Source: a phage
Direction: 5' to 3' (one strand)
Assembly (NCBI GenBank): GCA_036436775.1
Contig: GCA_036436775.1_3676.1
DNA: 64,000 nucleotides
Part shown: piece by piece, positions 17,512 through 27,151 of the stretch
Layout: each line of letters begins with the position of its first letter
Numbering within the stretch: the first letter of the stretch is position 1
Notes under the pieces: model-generated
Seen by the model: the letters and a program-made list of their open reading frames with translations, nothing else
The model's database searches: none
What the model was told of the DNA's origin: nothing
Position numbers and translations under genes: made by a program

Positions 17512-17542
17512 ATGCAAAAAGCCCCACCCTTTCGGGCAGGGC
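17512..17542 (-). terminator. rho-independent terminator (hairpin family A, copy 2)
   Basis: Same hairpin as 7098-7119, followed on the minus strand by CTTTTTGCATT. Confidence 0.6.
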
Positions 17543-17548
17543 CTAGTG

Positions 17549-18031
17549 TTAAACCCGGATACCTATTGTATACTCGGTGGATACCAATGTCAAATCTAAA
17601 TTTAAAATTTCTTGCATCTCATAATATGCGTCCAGGGTTAGATACATTTCCCCATCCTTTTCTACATACTTGTCCAAGTGCTTGAGGCATTTCGGATAAC
17701 TATCAAGTGCAGCTTTCAGGCACTCAAACTCTGTGCTGTTGATGAATCCTTCCATCTTGGCTACCCGTTCTGGGGTAATGATAGCACTGTAGTGAGATTT
17801 AGCTTCCTGAATGCAATGGGTCCAAGCATCAACCTTCTCTTCGAAAAGTCCAAAGAACTTCTTTTTGGTGAGCTTCAGATTCTTTAAGTGCTTAAGCACT
17901 CGGTTGCCGATTACAGCCACATCACGAAACTTAAGAATCACTTTGTCGATATCTTCGCGACCTATTTTCACAAAACAGGCCTTACACATTTCAGGGGAGG
18001 AATAACCAACTTTCCACATAAAATCTGACAT
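17549..18031 (-). CDS. hypothetical protein (160 aa)
   Basis: ORF in replication-module array. Confidence 0.55.
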   Translation of the reverse strand: MSDFMWKVGYSSPEMCKACFVKIGREDIDKVILKFRDVAVIGNRVLKHLKNLKLTKKKFFGLFEEKVDAWTHCIQEAKSHYSAIITPERVAKMEGFINSTEFECLKAALDSYPKCLKHLDKYVEKDGEMYLTLDAYYEMQEILNLDLTLVSTEYTIGIRV

Positions 18032-18043
18032 ACTACCTTCTCC

Positions 18044-18439
18044 TTATTCCTGAAAAGCAACGATATCATATGAACTTGCAGACGATCCTAGTGAAGAATG
18101 ACTCCAGTCTAGGTTATCAGAGTAGTCAGCGTACTGTGCACCACTACGTAGTTTATATTTTACCCACTTACCTGGTGCAGGGTTTTCACCACCTTCCCAT
18201 ACTTCCCAGTCTTCTGGCAGGCCGTCCTGAGGGTAGTCATCCACCTCACTAATAATCTTAGGGTTTGGCACCAAGACCCATGCAGGCTCTTCCTTCCGGG
18301 TAAGTGTCCACACAGCGTAGGTATCTGAGCAGGCGCATGATAGCAAAGTATATCCACTATTCAGAACTTCTGCAAGCTCTTTTTCAGCATCTTCCAATTT
18401 GGTTAAGTGGTATTGGATAATCTTCACACCTGTAATCAT
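18044..18439 (-). CDS. hypothetical protein (131 aa)
   Basis: ORF in array. Confidence 0.55.
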   Translation of the reverse strand: MITGVKIIQYHLTKLEDAEKELAEVLNSGYTLLSCACSDTYAVWTLTRKEEPAWVLVPNPKIISEVDDYPQDGLPEDWEVWEGGENPAPGKWVKYKLRSGAQYADYSDNLDWSHSSLGSSASSYDIVAFQE

Positions 18440-18741
18440 CAGAAACCTCCAACTTCTTCAGCAAATGCAGCTGCTGTCGTCGCTGCATCCAGATAGGACT
18501 CTAGTTCACGGGCTGCACGTTTGTAAATTGAGTGGCGCATATCGTTTGGTAGTTGGTGGAAGTCCACCTCTTCACCGTTGTGGTAAACACGCACATCGGT
18601 AATTTGTCTAAATCCGTAATAGTCAACATCAGAGTCACGGCACTCCGAGTCTGGCAACTGGACAACTGCTTGAGCTTCCACAGTAAACATATCGTCAAGT
18701 TCGAAATCGATTTCAAAAGTGTATGGTTTATAACGTTTCAT
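18439..18741 (-). CDS. hypothetical protein (100 aa)
   Basis: ORF in array, coupled start. Confidence 0.5.
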   Translation of the reverse strand: MKRYKPYTFEIDFELDDMFTVEAQAVVQLPDSECRDSDVDYYGFRQITDVRVYHNGEEVDFHQLPNDMRHSIYKRAARELESYLDAATTAAAFAEEVGGF

Positions 18742-18801
18742 CGTTTAGTGCTTCCTTAGTTTTTGTGGGGAGGAGTGCCTCCCCTTTAGACTAACATCTT
18801 A

Positions 18802-19143
18802 CTACTGAAGGTCTTCAGAGTCAAGCTCAAAAAGAATCAAACTGTGCATGCTTGCAGAGAGATCAACGCACCCTGCAATAATAAGGGTCTGATAGTAAGG
18901 TTCAGCACCCTCAATGTCTTCGTTAAAATCTACAACAAGATAGTCACCTTTGTTAAAGGTGTATTTGTCCGATGTAAACGCAAAACCTGCCCAGTCCCCT
19001 ACTGCAGGATCTTTATCAGTCACCTTTGTTAGCAGTAGGTCTTTTTCACGAGATCTTTTAGTAAAATCGTGAATCACAACATCCTTCTCTTCAGGAGTTG
19101 GACTACCACACACGTAGTTAACTATATTTCTCCACAAACTCAT
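18802..19143 (-). CDS. hypothetical protein (113 aa)
   Basis: ORF in array. Confidence 0.5.
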   Translation of the reverse strand: MSLWRNIVNYVCGSPTPEEKDVVIHDFTKRSREKDLLLTKVTDKDPAVGDWAGFAFTSDKYTFNKGDYLVVDFNEDIEGAEPYYQTLIIAGCVDLSASMHSLILFELDSEDLQ

Positions 19144-20510
19144 ACGTCCCCCTCTTCTGCTCTGGTTTCAAAATCTTTCCTGACAATTTTGTCTAAGTCA
19201 GGGAATGTTGTATTGTAAAACTCTACGACTCGCGGGTCAACAATAATATCAACTTCTCTTAGTGGACGCAACAAGTTTATCCCTTGTATTGTCTTAACTC
19301 GACTCAAAGCAACATACGTCATCCCAGGAGAGAAAGCTCCGTTCTTTCCAAGGTCTAGGTTGTAACAATCTAGCGTAAGTCCTTGACTTTTATGAGATGT
19401 TACGGCGTACCCAGATTTTAGAGGAAGTTGCTTGTATGACCCAATCACCACCCTCTCTATAAACTTCTCCATCTTCCTTTCTGCAATGTTGTATCTTTGA
19501 GATGGCTTATACTCGTTATTCTCCCACAACCTTTGCTCTATGTCAACCTGTGTTCCATCTTCAAGCTCCACCACCACCGCCTTGTTCTTAAATTTAACAA
19601 TTGTGGCACGTGTTCCGTTAACATAATAAGGTACTTTGTGCGTCGGGTCAACATCGTTGGCGGTTATCATAACCTTCATGCCAATTTTCAACTTCATCTC
19701 CTGCTCAACTGGCAGGGTGGAGGGAAACTTACCTTTCATTTCACCAGTGTATACCTTTTCTGGGGCGTTGATGGCATCATAGAACCTTCTGTTCACTTCC
19801 TCCGCTTGTTTGTTGGTGGCGCAAATTGTGAGAGCGTCTGTTGGTACACCGCCTTTGTAACAACGAGCATTAAGTTCTGCTACAACCTCTTTTATGCGAC
19901 GACCCTCACGAACACAGTTGAGCATTGTGGCAAATCGAATAGACTCCTGTCGGAACTGATCTACTAGGGCTATGTTGTGGAGGTCAAGCTCTTTCCAAGA
20001 TTCGGTATAGCAACACAGGTCCGTATGGTAGAAGTTGAAGTAGGCTTCCTTCTCCATAGAAGAGACAACAGGAGGTGCTTGGTAAAAATCGCCAAACAAT
20101 ATGACCTGTATGCCTCCGAAAGGTTTGTCATTTTTTCGAAGGAAGCGGAGTTTCCTATCCATCTCTATAAACTTATCAGCACGAATCATAGAGATTTCAT
20201 CGATAATTAGGATGGTAAATGCCTTGCTTTTCAAAGGCTTTGCTGTTTTTGCCCTTATTGCAGTCCAGTCTGACTCCATGCTCACACCTGCTGCAAGATC
20301 GAATGTTCGGTGTGCTGTTGCTCCATTAACGTTTAATGCGGCTACCCCTGTCGGGGCAACCGTTATGCAAGAGTCTCCATACATGGACTGGATCATGTTG
20401 ATGAGATACGTCTTCCCACAACCTGCGGGTCCTGAAACGAAGACATTCTCACCGCTCATGATTGCAATGAGGGCAGCATCTGTGCCTACGTCATACTGCC
20501 CTTTTTCCAT
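19140..20510 (-). CDS. SF1 DNA helicase, Dda/RecD/Pif1-like
   Basis: Walker A VSGPAGCGKTYL, Walker B LIIDEISM, C-terminal AVTSHKSQGLTLD. Confidence 0.75.
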   Translation of the reverse strand: MEKGQYDVGTDAALIAIMSGENVFVSGPAGCGKTYLINMIQSMYGDSCITVAPTGVAALNVNGATAHRTFDLAAGVSMESDWTAIRAKTAKPLKSKAFTILIIDEISMIRADKFIEMDRKLRFLRKNDKPFGGIQVILFGDFYQAPPVVSSMEKEAYFNFYHTDLCCYTESWKELDLHNIALVDQFRQESIRFATMLNCVREGRRIKEVVAELNARCYKGGVPTDALTICATNKQAEEVNRRFYDAINAPEKVYTGEMKGKFPSTLPVEQEMKLKIGMKVMITANDVDPTHKVPYYVNGTRATIVKFKNKAVVVELEDGTQVDIEQRLWENNEYKPSQRYNIAERKMEKFIERVVIGSYKQLPLKSGYAVTSHKSQGLTLDCYNLDLGKNGAFSPGMTYVALSRVKTIQGINLLRPLREVDIIVDPRVVEFYNTTFPDLDKIVRKDFETRAEEGDV

Positions 20511-21715
20511 TACGCCTCCTCGTAGATAATGTCGATGATGTTACCATCACGGTCAACTACGTATTCAATCGGATCGCCATCTTTGCGTGATTCCGGTGCT
20601 GCTACGATTTCGTAGCGGCATGCACGGCACTTAGCACTGTTGTGTTGGTATGGCACACTAACCACATCCGCAGGGTCAACCATAACCATCATTACGGTGC
20701 CATAGCCAGCTGCATACTCTTTGCTGGCGCAGTGCAGGCCATAAGAACACGCAGCTTCCGGATCATCTTCTACAAAGTTACGAGGCATGGATACAAAAGC
20801 ACCCTGGTATTGTGGAACTTTACCGCTGTGCCAATCCACCCACTTGCCTCCGTTAAACTGAACCCCTTTATAGCAAATGATTCGACCATCTTCTGCAACC
20901 TGGATGTCATTAGCCTGCATGAAATCGTAGAGCATGTTCACAGATTTTGCAGACGGGTTGCGTAGCAGACGGACAAGGAATTTAACATATCGGTCGTCCA
21001 GTGTTCCATCTACATAATCTTCCTCAATTTTCTTTGCAATGGTAGATTGCATCTCTACACCGTAGTAATAGAGCTTACCATCTTTCATAATCAGGTTGTC
21101 TGCAAGTGTAGTGAACTCATTCTTGCGTTCCAACCAGACAAGGATTTCACCAATTGCCTCGTCATATTTCTGAACAGAGATATGGTCGAAGACTTTCTGG
21201 TAAACTTCCTCACTTTCACTGCGGCGAATTTCAAAAATACCTTCGTTGCAGGTGATCTGGAGAAGTTCTCCACAAATAACTACTAAAGGCTCTATGCTTC
21301 GAGTCTGTTGTTGAGACACACTGCTTACCACCTCCAGCACCGGATCTTTGACTTCTACTGAAGGTTCTTCTGACTTGATTGCTACTCCAGTGAACCCCAC
21401 ACCGTGAACAACGCACAGTGGGTATACCACACTCCAACGTTTAACGGAACCTTCTCCTGAATCTAAGATCATGGCGTACTTACCGTTGTCTTCCAGTCCG
21501 TAGCGGAATAAACGGGCCTCTTCGCGGGTTTCAAAATCCTCACGGGTATAGCAGACACTATCTCGGTCAGGATCAAACAGCTCTGGGGCACCCACTGCCA
21601 GTGTCCATGTTGTAGTACCTTTCTCAATAGCACATGTGAAACCCTTCTTCTCAAGTTCTGCACGGCGGTCGCGTGCTTCTTTACGAGTTTTGAAATGTTC
21701 GTAGATGAAAATCAT
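20510..21715 (-). CDS. hypothetical protein (401 aa) with duplicated N-terminal ~45 aa module
   Basis: Internal repeat KEARDRRAELEKKGF / REEARLFRYGLEDNG; coupled to flanking genes; no catalytic motif recognised. Confidence 0.5.
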   Translation of the reverse strand: MIFIYEHFKTRKEARDRRAELEKKGFTCAIEKGTTTWTLAVGAPELFDPDRDSVCYTREDFETREEARLFRYGLEDNGKYAMILDSGEGSVKRWSVVYPLCVVHGVGFTGVAIKSEEPSVEVKDPVLEVVSSVSQQQTRSIEPLVVICGELLQITCNEGIFEIRRSESEEVYQKVFDHISVQKYDEAIGEILVWLERKNEFTTLADNLIMKDGKLYYYGVEMQSTIAKKIEEDYVDGTLDDRYVKFLVRLLRNPSAKSVNMLYDFMQANDIQVAEDGRIICYKGVQFNGGKWVDWHSGKVPQYQGAFVSMPRNFVEDDPEAACSYGLHCASKEYAAGYGTVMMVMVDPADVVSVPYQHNSAKCRACRYEIVAAPESRKDGDPIEYVVDRDGNIIDIIYEEA

Positions 21716-21725
21716 AGCTGTCTCC

Positions 21726-23708
21726 TTATTTGGTGTTATTCTTTGCGTCGATCAGTTCACGGTATTCAATCATAGCAGGAGTGTCCCAATATTTCAAGCC
21801 TGCATGCTTCAAAAGTGGATATTTCTTTTCCAATCTTGCAATATAGGCCTTCCCGCACTTGACTCGGTTGGCGATTAAGATTTTGGCACGATGATTTAGC
21901 TCACTGTGCTTCCACGTGGTGTTACCTTCCCACTTGTGGAAATGTGGCCGATAATTTCCAAAATCTTGCATGGGAATAATTTTCCCTAATTGTCTATACA
22001 GGCTGTCATAAGAAGTCTCATTTGCTGCACGGGTCAGTAAGAATTTCCAAGCATCCTCTTTCAACAGGTGCTCCACATTCTTCTCTGTAACATACTGGCA
22101 ATCAGGATCAGTCCAAAGCAGACGAGATTCAGATACCAGATACAGATCTTCACCTTCAGGAATCTGAAGTGCCGCACGCACACGGTCATAATCTTGCTGG
22201 TAGATGTTACTCATCTGCCCCAGCCAACAACTTCCACGTTGGATATCACCCTCATAAGGGATGCAGTGTTTAATCTTCCGGAACTCTGCCTTAGTAATAC
22301 GCTCACGGCGGAAGTAACCATCCTTTTCAAGTTTTTTAACCCAATAACCTGGCTCATAACGAGTTTTTGTTTCACCTTTCTTGACAGGTCGGCGAGGGAG
22401 CTCTGATAACAATTTGACCGTATCTGCAAAGAACGGGTGGTGTGCCGCTTCTTTAAACTCTTCCACCAGATCCGTGTTCCGGCAATAGAAAACGTTGCGT
22501 CCGGTGATCTCGCTTAAATAGTTGCACTTATTTCGGTTATATTTGCCGTCTCCGTCGTTAAATACTAAATAGACTCCCCGTAAGAACTCTGACTTTCCGT
22601 AACGAGCATAGCCTATGCGGCCCTTATTTAAGCCGCCAGCGAAAATTTCACAATCGCCTAAGTCACCAAGCCCTGTTTCTTCCCAACGGTTCCACATAAA
22701 GTTTTTGCCGAAGATGTGTCCGAACACACCACTATTCTTCATCATTTCACGTGCTTCTGCGGAGGTTTTTGCCGTCTCCAGTTCTGCAACAACTTCTGCC
22801 CCGCGAAGACGTATACCTTCTTTGACAAAGGCCTCCAGGCGATCCTGGAATCCACCGTCGTCATGGCCCTCTATGGTCCATTCGCGCCCAGGGTTAATAT
22901 TGCAATCCCCGATAGGGATCTCTACACAGATTGCAGGGTAGTCTGTCAATGTTTCCAGAAACTTAGAGCGGTAAGGTTGGTGTCCCATCACCACACGGCT
23001 CTCATCAGAGCTGGTATAACCTTTCAGGATAGTCATTTTCCAACCATCTTTCTCGTAGCGATACTGCGCCTCAACCTTGTCACCTTCCAGCATCTTACTG
23101 GTCATAGGGTCGGTAACGGTAAACGGAAACTTTGCATAGCGTAGGCATGACGCAATAGCAGTGCGATATTTCAGAACATGCTCTTTCTTAACATGGAACT
23201 GAACTTTTACCCCGTTGTGCTCTTCAGTCTTCCGCTCGCGGATCTTGGTAACGTTTGGGATACCCTGATCCAAGAACAACAGATATGTGCTTTCAACACC
23301 GTTGTGCACACTGATCACATCGAAAGTGTCCACCATGCTGAACGGGGCCTTTGAACCTACACCTTTATTACCTACCAGAGCGTTGCTGTTGCGCTTGGTT
23401 GACTCCCCGAGGTTCATGAAAGTGTTGCGGACCATCTCTTCTGACATGCCCAATCCAACATCCTGCACAAAGAAGTATGGTTCAAGGTCTGTAGGAGAGT
23501 GAATGATGATCGGTACATCACCCCGTCCAGACTCAACATGGGAGTCCACAGCATTGAAGATTGGTTCACGGCAGCTTGCCAGCACCTTATCTTCGTAAAT
23601 CCCTTTAATGATTAGCCCAAAAGTCTCTTTGTTCAGAGAAATTGAGCCCCTGGTGACCTCCATATTTCCGGTCAGTACTGCTTTAGTTTCATTACTGTTT
23701 ACAATCAT
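21726..23708 (-). CDS. GHKL-superfamily ATPase (Bergerat fold) with uncharacterised ~450 aa C-terminal region
   Basis: N-box REPIFNAVDS, G1 box DVGLGMS, G2 box GNKGVGSKA in the first ~150 aa; no Toprim, MutL or kinase partner motifs in the canonical order. Confidence 0.5.
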   Translation of the reverse strand: MIVNSNETKAVLTGNMEVTRGSISLNKETFGLIIKGIYEDKVLASCREPIFNAVDSHVESGRGDVPIIIHSPTDLEPYFFVQDVGLGMSEEMVRNTFMNLGESTKRNSNALVGNKGVGSKAPFSMVDTFDVISVHNGVESTYLLFLDQGIPNVTKIRERKTEEHNGVKVQFHVKKEHVLKYRTAIASCLRYAKFPFTVTDPMTSKMLEGDKVEAQYRYEKDGWKMTILKGYTSSDESRVVMGHQPYRSKFLETLTDYPAICVEIPIGDCNINPGREWTIEGHDDGGFQDRLEAFVKEGIRLRGAEVVAELETAKTSAEAREMMKNSGVFGHIFGKNFMWNRWEETGLGDLGDCEIFAGGLNKGRIGYARYGKSEFLRGVYLVFNDGDGKYNRNKCNYLSEITGRNVFYCRNTDLVEEFKEAAHHPFFADTVKLLSELPRRPVKKGETKTRYEPGYWVKKLEKDGYFRRERITKAEFRKIKHCIPYEGDIQRGSCWLGQMSNIYQQDYDRVRAALQIPEGEDLYLVSESRLLWTDPDCQYVTEKNVEHLLKEDAWKFLLTRAANETSYDSLYRQLGKIIPMQDFGNYRPHFHKWEGNTTWKHSELNHRAKILIANRVKCGKAYIARLEKKYPLLKHAGLKYWDTPAMIEYRELIDAKNNTK

Positions 23709-24205
23709 TTATTGCGCTCCTTGTAGTAGATATGGCTCCCGAATTGAGCTGTCCTCTGCATCTTTTTTGCCCATTTCGGTCGTACTTTGGTTGTATGGTA
23801 GTGTGTTGCTCCACATGTTATATCCATAGCCATGTATGCAACATGGTTGTTATTATAGACCTTTAGAAGCATCTTTGCAAGACTTTTAGCGTGATCCCAT
23901 GAATCTTTTTCTGTCACCTTAAAAGTTTTGCCGTAGTTTGTCCACGAAAACTGATTAGGTTGGTAGACAATCTTTCTTATAGTGTCTGGGTATTTGGGAT
24001 GAGATTTCCTGTTTAGGGTGGCAAACCCAGATGCCAGCATACCCATCGTGCCATCCCCTCTAGCTTCCCTGTAGATATTGCATGCTAGAATGTTTTCCTT
24101 AGTATCTGATGGCTTGCAAGTATGGTATACTTTTTGTTTTGGTGCTGCAACAACAGGCAGCGATAAAAATGCGCTCAAAATAATAGCAAAGATCTTAATT
24201 TTCAC
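23705..24205 (-). CDS. secreted cell wall hydrolase, SleB (Hydrolase_2) family; candidate signal-peptide endolysin
   Basis: N-terminal signal peptide MKIKIFAIILSAFLSLPVVAAP; ACNIYREARGDG...ATLNR...IVYQPNQFSW matches the SleB-type signature. Confidence 0.55.
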   Translation of the reverse strand: MKIKIFAIILSAFLSLPVVAAPKQKVYHTCKPSDTKENILACNIYREARGDGTMGMLASGFATLNRKSHPKYPDTIRKIVYQPNQFSWTNYGKTFKVTEKDSWDHAKSLAKMLLKVYNNNHVAYMAMDITCGATHYHTTKVRPKWAKKMQRTAQFGSHIYYKERNK

Positions 24206-24211
24206 AATAAC

Positions 24212-24240
24212 TCCAAATAGAAAATCCCCGCCGAAGCGGG
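24212..24240 (-). terminator. rho-independent terminator (hairpin family B, copy 1)
   Basis: Minus strand CCCCGCTTCGGCGGGG (UUCG-type loop) followed by ATTTTCTATTT. Confidence 0.55.
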
Positions 24241-24253
24241 GTGGTCTTAGAAA

Positions 24254-24634
24254 TTAATCGTAGTGTGCCAAAATCTCTCCGTCGTTGCAAGTTCCCTCTA
24301 CAAAGTTATGAAGATTCATGCACTCATCTTGATAGAAGAATTTACCGCTTTTCAGCCGTAAGCCAAACAACTCCGCATCTCCACGATGGCAAGCCTCTAC
24401 AAGTTCATAGATTTCATACGGCAACTCTCCGTCGTCATGGAAGAACCCAGCCTTATCGTTGACATAGATGAAGAAATAATCACTGCTATCGCAAGCGTCC
24501 AATATTTTAAACCAGATTTCATCTACATCTTTTTCTCGGATATCGATCACGCAAGTGGAGCTGCATTCGTACTCCTTCTCCGGCTCCTCGGTCAATACCA
24601 CCAGGTAGTTTCCCCGCTTACCTACTTTAGCCAT
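24254..24634 (-). CDS. hypothetical protein (126 aa)
   Basis: ORF in array. Confidence 0.5.
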   Translation of the reverse strand: MAKVGKRGNYLVVLTEEPEKEYECSSTCVIDIREKDVDEIWFKILDACDSSDYFFIYVNDKAGFFHDDGELPYEIYELVEACHRGDAELFGLRLKSGKFFYQDECMNLHNFVEGTCNDGEILAHYD

Positions 24635-24643
24635 ACAACCTCC

Positions 24644-25828
24644 TTAAGCTTTAGCCAAAATGGCGCTAAACTCTTCACCAAACTCTTTTACAATCTTCAT
24701 CAGGTTTGGGTATGCTTTGATCAGCTGAGCAACAATCTTGTCACGACCTTTACCGATAAGCAAGGCATTTCCTAAGGCATTAGGTTTCATCATCGCCATA
24801 AAGACTGAGAATACAAAATCTCGGTTCTCGTCCTTGAAGTTTTCCCAAAGGAAATCGAGGAAGTTTGCCACGCAGCTGACAAGATCTTCGTCTGAGATAC
24901 TTGCATTTTCCATCATATTACGAATAGCGATACAACCTTCAGATCCAAGAATCCACAAGATGTCTGGCTGTTTAGGACCTACGTATTCTTTGCAACCTCC
25001 TGCCATAATCCGACCGATTTCCGGTAAGTTGCGTTTCTTGGTGTGGTAAGTCCAGATCTCTACCGCTGCAGTGTGACCAATAGCGCCTTGCAGAAGAACA
25101 CGGGCCATAGCGTCAGAAATAATACCACTGTCAAAATCGTGCAAAATATCAGATGCAGCAACCCAAGATCGCGGTGTGGCAAAAGATGGACAATTAATCT
25201 CAGCCATGGCCTCATAATTATCGATAGCTGATGGAACTCTTTTCAGATATCCAATTACAGAGGAGTGCACCCCATTAAGGAATGCGTAGTCCTCAATAAA
25301 CACCTCTGCATTGCTTGTAACTTCTACAATGATAAAACGGTTAGCCAGAGGGGCTTCGAGCGCCGAAAGAACCGCACCATCTGTAGAACGGTTACCAGCA
25401 GCCACAAAAACAGAGCCTTTAGGGAATGCATAGGTGCCGCACTTGTGGTCGAGCATAATTTGCATTGCAACCTTTTGCAGGTAGTTATCTGCATGAGTGA
25501 GCTCATCAAGAAAGATAATTCCGCTCCAGTCAGGATCCGCAGGCCAAAATTCTGGAATTGCAAACACTGTACGTGTAGTTCCATCCGCTTCTACAGGGAT
25601 AGGTAGCCCAGATAAGTCGGCAGGATCTTTATCTGACAGCCGCACGTCAACTAGGTTGTCATCTCGCTCACCGAACATATTGTCGGCGATCTGCTTCATC
25701 ACCTGGCTCTTTCCCACGCCCATTGGTCCTAAAATCAGGACAGATCGGTTATGACGCTGGGCAAACTGAATGATAGCTGGCAACTCACGGACAGTGATTT
25801 GACCACTTTCAAATACGTTTCTTGACAT
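24644..25828 (-). CDS. MoxR-class AAA+ ATPase (AAA_5-type; CobS/CbbQ/NorQ-like)
   Basis: Walker A LILGPMGVGKSQV, Walker B IIFLDELTHAD, sensor FVAAGNRS; single AAA module of ~390 aa. Confidence 0.6.
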   Translation of the reverse strand: MSRNVFESGQITVRELPAIIQFAQRHNRSVLILGPMGVGKSQVMKQIADNMFGERDDNLVDVRLSDKDPADLSGLPIPVEADGTTRTVFAIPEFWPADPDWSGIIFLDELTHADNYLQKVAMQIMLDHKCGTYAFPKGSVFVAAGNRSTDGAVLSALEAPLANRFIIVEVTSNAEVFIEDYAFLNGVHSSVIGYLKRVPSAIDNYEAMAEINCPSFATPRSWVAASDILHDFDSGIISDAMARVLLQGAIGHTAAVEIWTYHTKKRNLPEIGRIMAGGCKEYVGPKQPDILWILGSEGCIAIRNMMENASISDEDLVSCVANFLDFLWENFKDENRDFVFSVFMAMMKPNALGNALLIGKGRDKIVAQLIKAYPNLMKIVKEFGEEFSAILAKA

Positions 25829-26097
25829 TAGTAAAAGTCCTCTACTTGTGTGTAAGTGTTTTCAAAGTTTTCCAAAACAGATATCACATCGGATATGTCA
25901 ATATCATACGTGACTCTCCAGTTGTACGCAACCCTTTCTGCTGTTGCCTCTTCTGGCGCTAGTCGTCTGCTGGCATAAAAGAGTGTTGGAGTACACTTTC
26001 TTGCTTGCCCTCTAACTTTCCCATAATAATATCTGTGAATATCTTTGTCAAAATTTAACTCTTTTTCTGCACGAAGTTCATATTGCTGGTATAACAT
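25828..26097 (-). CDS. hypothetical protein (89 aa)
   Basis: ORF in array. Confidence 0.45.
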   Translation of the reverse strand: MLYQQYELRAEKELNFDKDIHRYYYGKVRGQARKCTPTLFYASRRLAPEEATAERVAYNWRVTYDIDISDVISVLENFENTYTQVEDFY

Positions 26098-26141
26098 CTC
26101 TACTACTCCTTAAGCAGCATCCTTGCCGCCATTCCTGCCCA

Positions 26142-26522
26142 CTAAAATGCAGTCCGAATCCAGACAAGGTTCTTATCTGCCCAATCATAGAGGCAAGTCA
26201 TTGCACTATTGAATTGCTCACACGGAGGATAATCTTCTTCCATCTGGCGCATAGCAGAGCCTTGTGGGTAAAGCTCCCGTGCTGCAAACCACGCGTCGTA
26301 GTCATCAACGGTGTCGAAGTAGTATACAACATCCTCCAACTCAGGATCGAACTTTGAACTATCAGGATCCAGTTGTTCAGGGAACTTGGAGCGTAACTTA
26401 CCAGCCACAATACTTGCCAACTCGCTAACATGCTTATTGTCCCACTCCACTAGCTTCCCGTCTTCAGTGATGCGTCCTAACCACTGATCATGAAGGTCAA
26501 CTGTTGTCTTCCACTGAGCCAT
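26142..26522 (-). CDS. hypothetical protein (126 aa)
   Basis: ORF in array. Confidence 0.5.
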   Translation of the reverse strand: MAQWKTTVDLHDQWLGRITEDGKLVEWDNKHVSELASIVAGKLRSKFPEQLDPDSSKFDPELEDVVYYFDTVDDYDAWFAARELYPQGSAMRQMEEDYPPCEQFNSAMTCLYDWADKNLVWIRTAF

Positions 26523-26524
26523 TA

Positions 26525-26782
26525 TCAGTCCACCTCTTCTTCTCGTTGTAGTTCAAGGTACCCGTAGGTCTGGACATCTTGAAGGGTGTGGAACTCCCCA
26601 TCTGCCGCTAAGGCACGAACAACTTGGCACAAAACCTTATGAGGAACTTCATCCAGACCCAGATTCAGTGCAGGGAACACCTTATCTAAGTCAACAAAAT
26701 AAACGAACTGTAGCTCACCAGCTTCAAAAGGTGTATCTTCAATAAACATCTTCTCGGCATTAGTCAAGATCTGCACTTTCAT
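26525..26782 (-). CDS. hypothetical protein (85 aa)
   Basis: ORF in array. Confidence 0.45.
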   Translation of the reverse strand: MKVQILTNAEKMFIEDTPFEAGELQFVYFVDLDKVFPALNLGLDEVPHKVLCQVVRALAADGEFHTLQDVQTYGYLELQREEEVD

Positions 26783-27138
26783 TATTCTACCTCCTCTTCT
26801 TTTTCTTCGGCATTAGTTTCATGGCTACCCCACTCTGGAGTTTCCACCTCGATAGTAAACTCACGCACTACACGGTAATTGCCCATGAAGCGCTCCACTT
26901 CGTCAAGGCTTACGGAGAAGCCATTGGCAACCAGGTCTGCAGCACCCTCTTCTACCAGGTAGTCCAGATTGGCTTCCAAAGCTTCAGGCTCAAACCCTGT
27001 TAATGCAATCAGATAACCTTCCCCTTCATCAGGGAGGACAATACATCCCAACTGATTTTCTTTGAAAAGGCAGTGACCATCATTGTTGATTGGGTGTTCA
27101 TTGCAGTAAATAGCTGCACGATAAGTAACTTTAGACAT
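26782..27138 (-). CDS. hypothetical protein (118 aa) starting MSKVTYRA inside the 27 bp inverted repeat
   Basis: ATG at 27138 with RBS AAGGAGA; its first 27 nt are identical, in inverted orientation, to 28979-29005. Confidence 0.5.
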   Translation of the reverse strand: MSKVTYRAAIYCNEHPINNDGHCLFKENQLGCIVLPDEGEGYLIALTGFEPEALEANLDYLVEEGAADLVANGFSVSLDEVERFMGNYRVVREFTIEVETPEWGSHETNAEEKEEEVE

Positions 27139-27141
27139 CGG
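27115..27141. repeat. 27 bp perfect inverted repeat, left copy
   Basis: Reverse complement of 27115-27141 is CCGATGTCTAAAGTTACTTATCGTGCA, identical to 28979-29005. Confidence 0.85.
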
Positions 27142-27151
27142 CAAGGTCTCC

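Noticed and set aside
17498-17527. ORF-track GTG start of the methyltransferase-like gene
   Set aside because: Lies inside the upstream terminator hairpin; TTG at 17497 with RBS AGGAGA is preferred, with low certainty
21726-23708. GHKL protein as a type II topoisomerase (GyrB/T4 gp39-like) subunit
   Set aside because: No Toprim E...DxD arrangement downstream of the ATPase domain and no partner GyrA-like gene in the window
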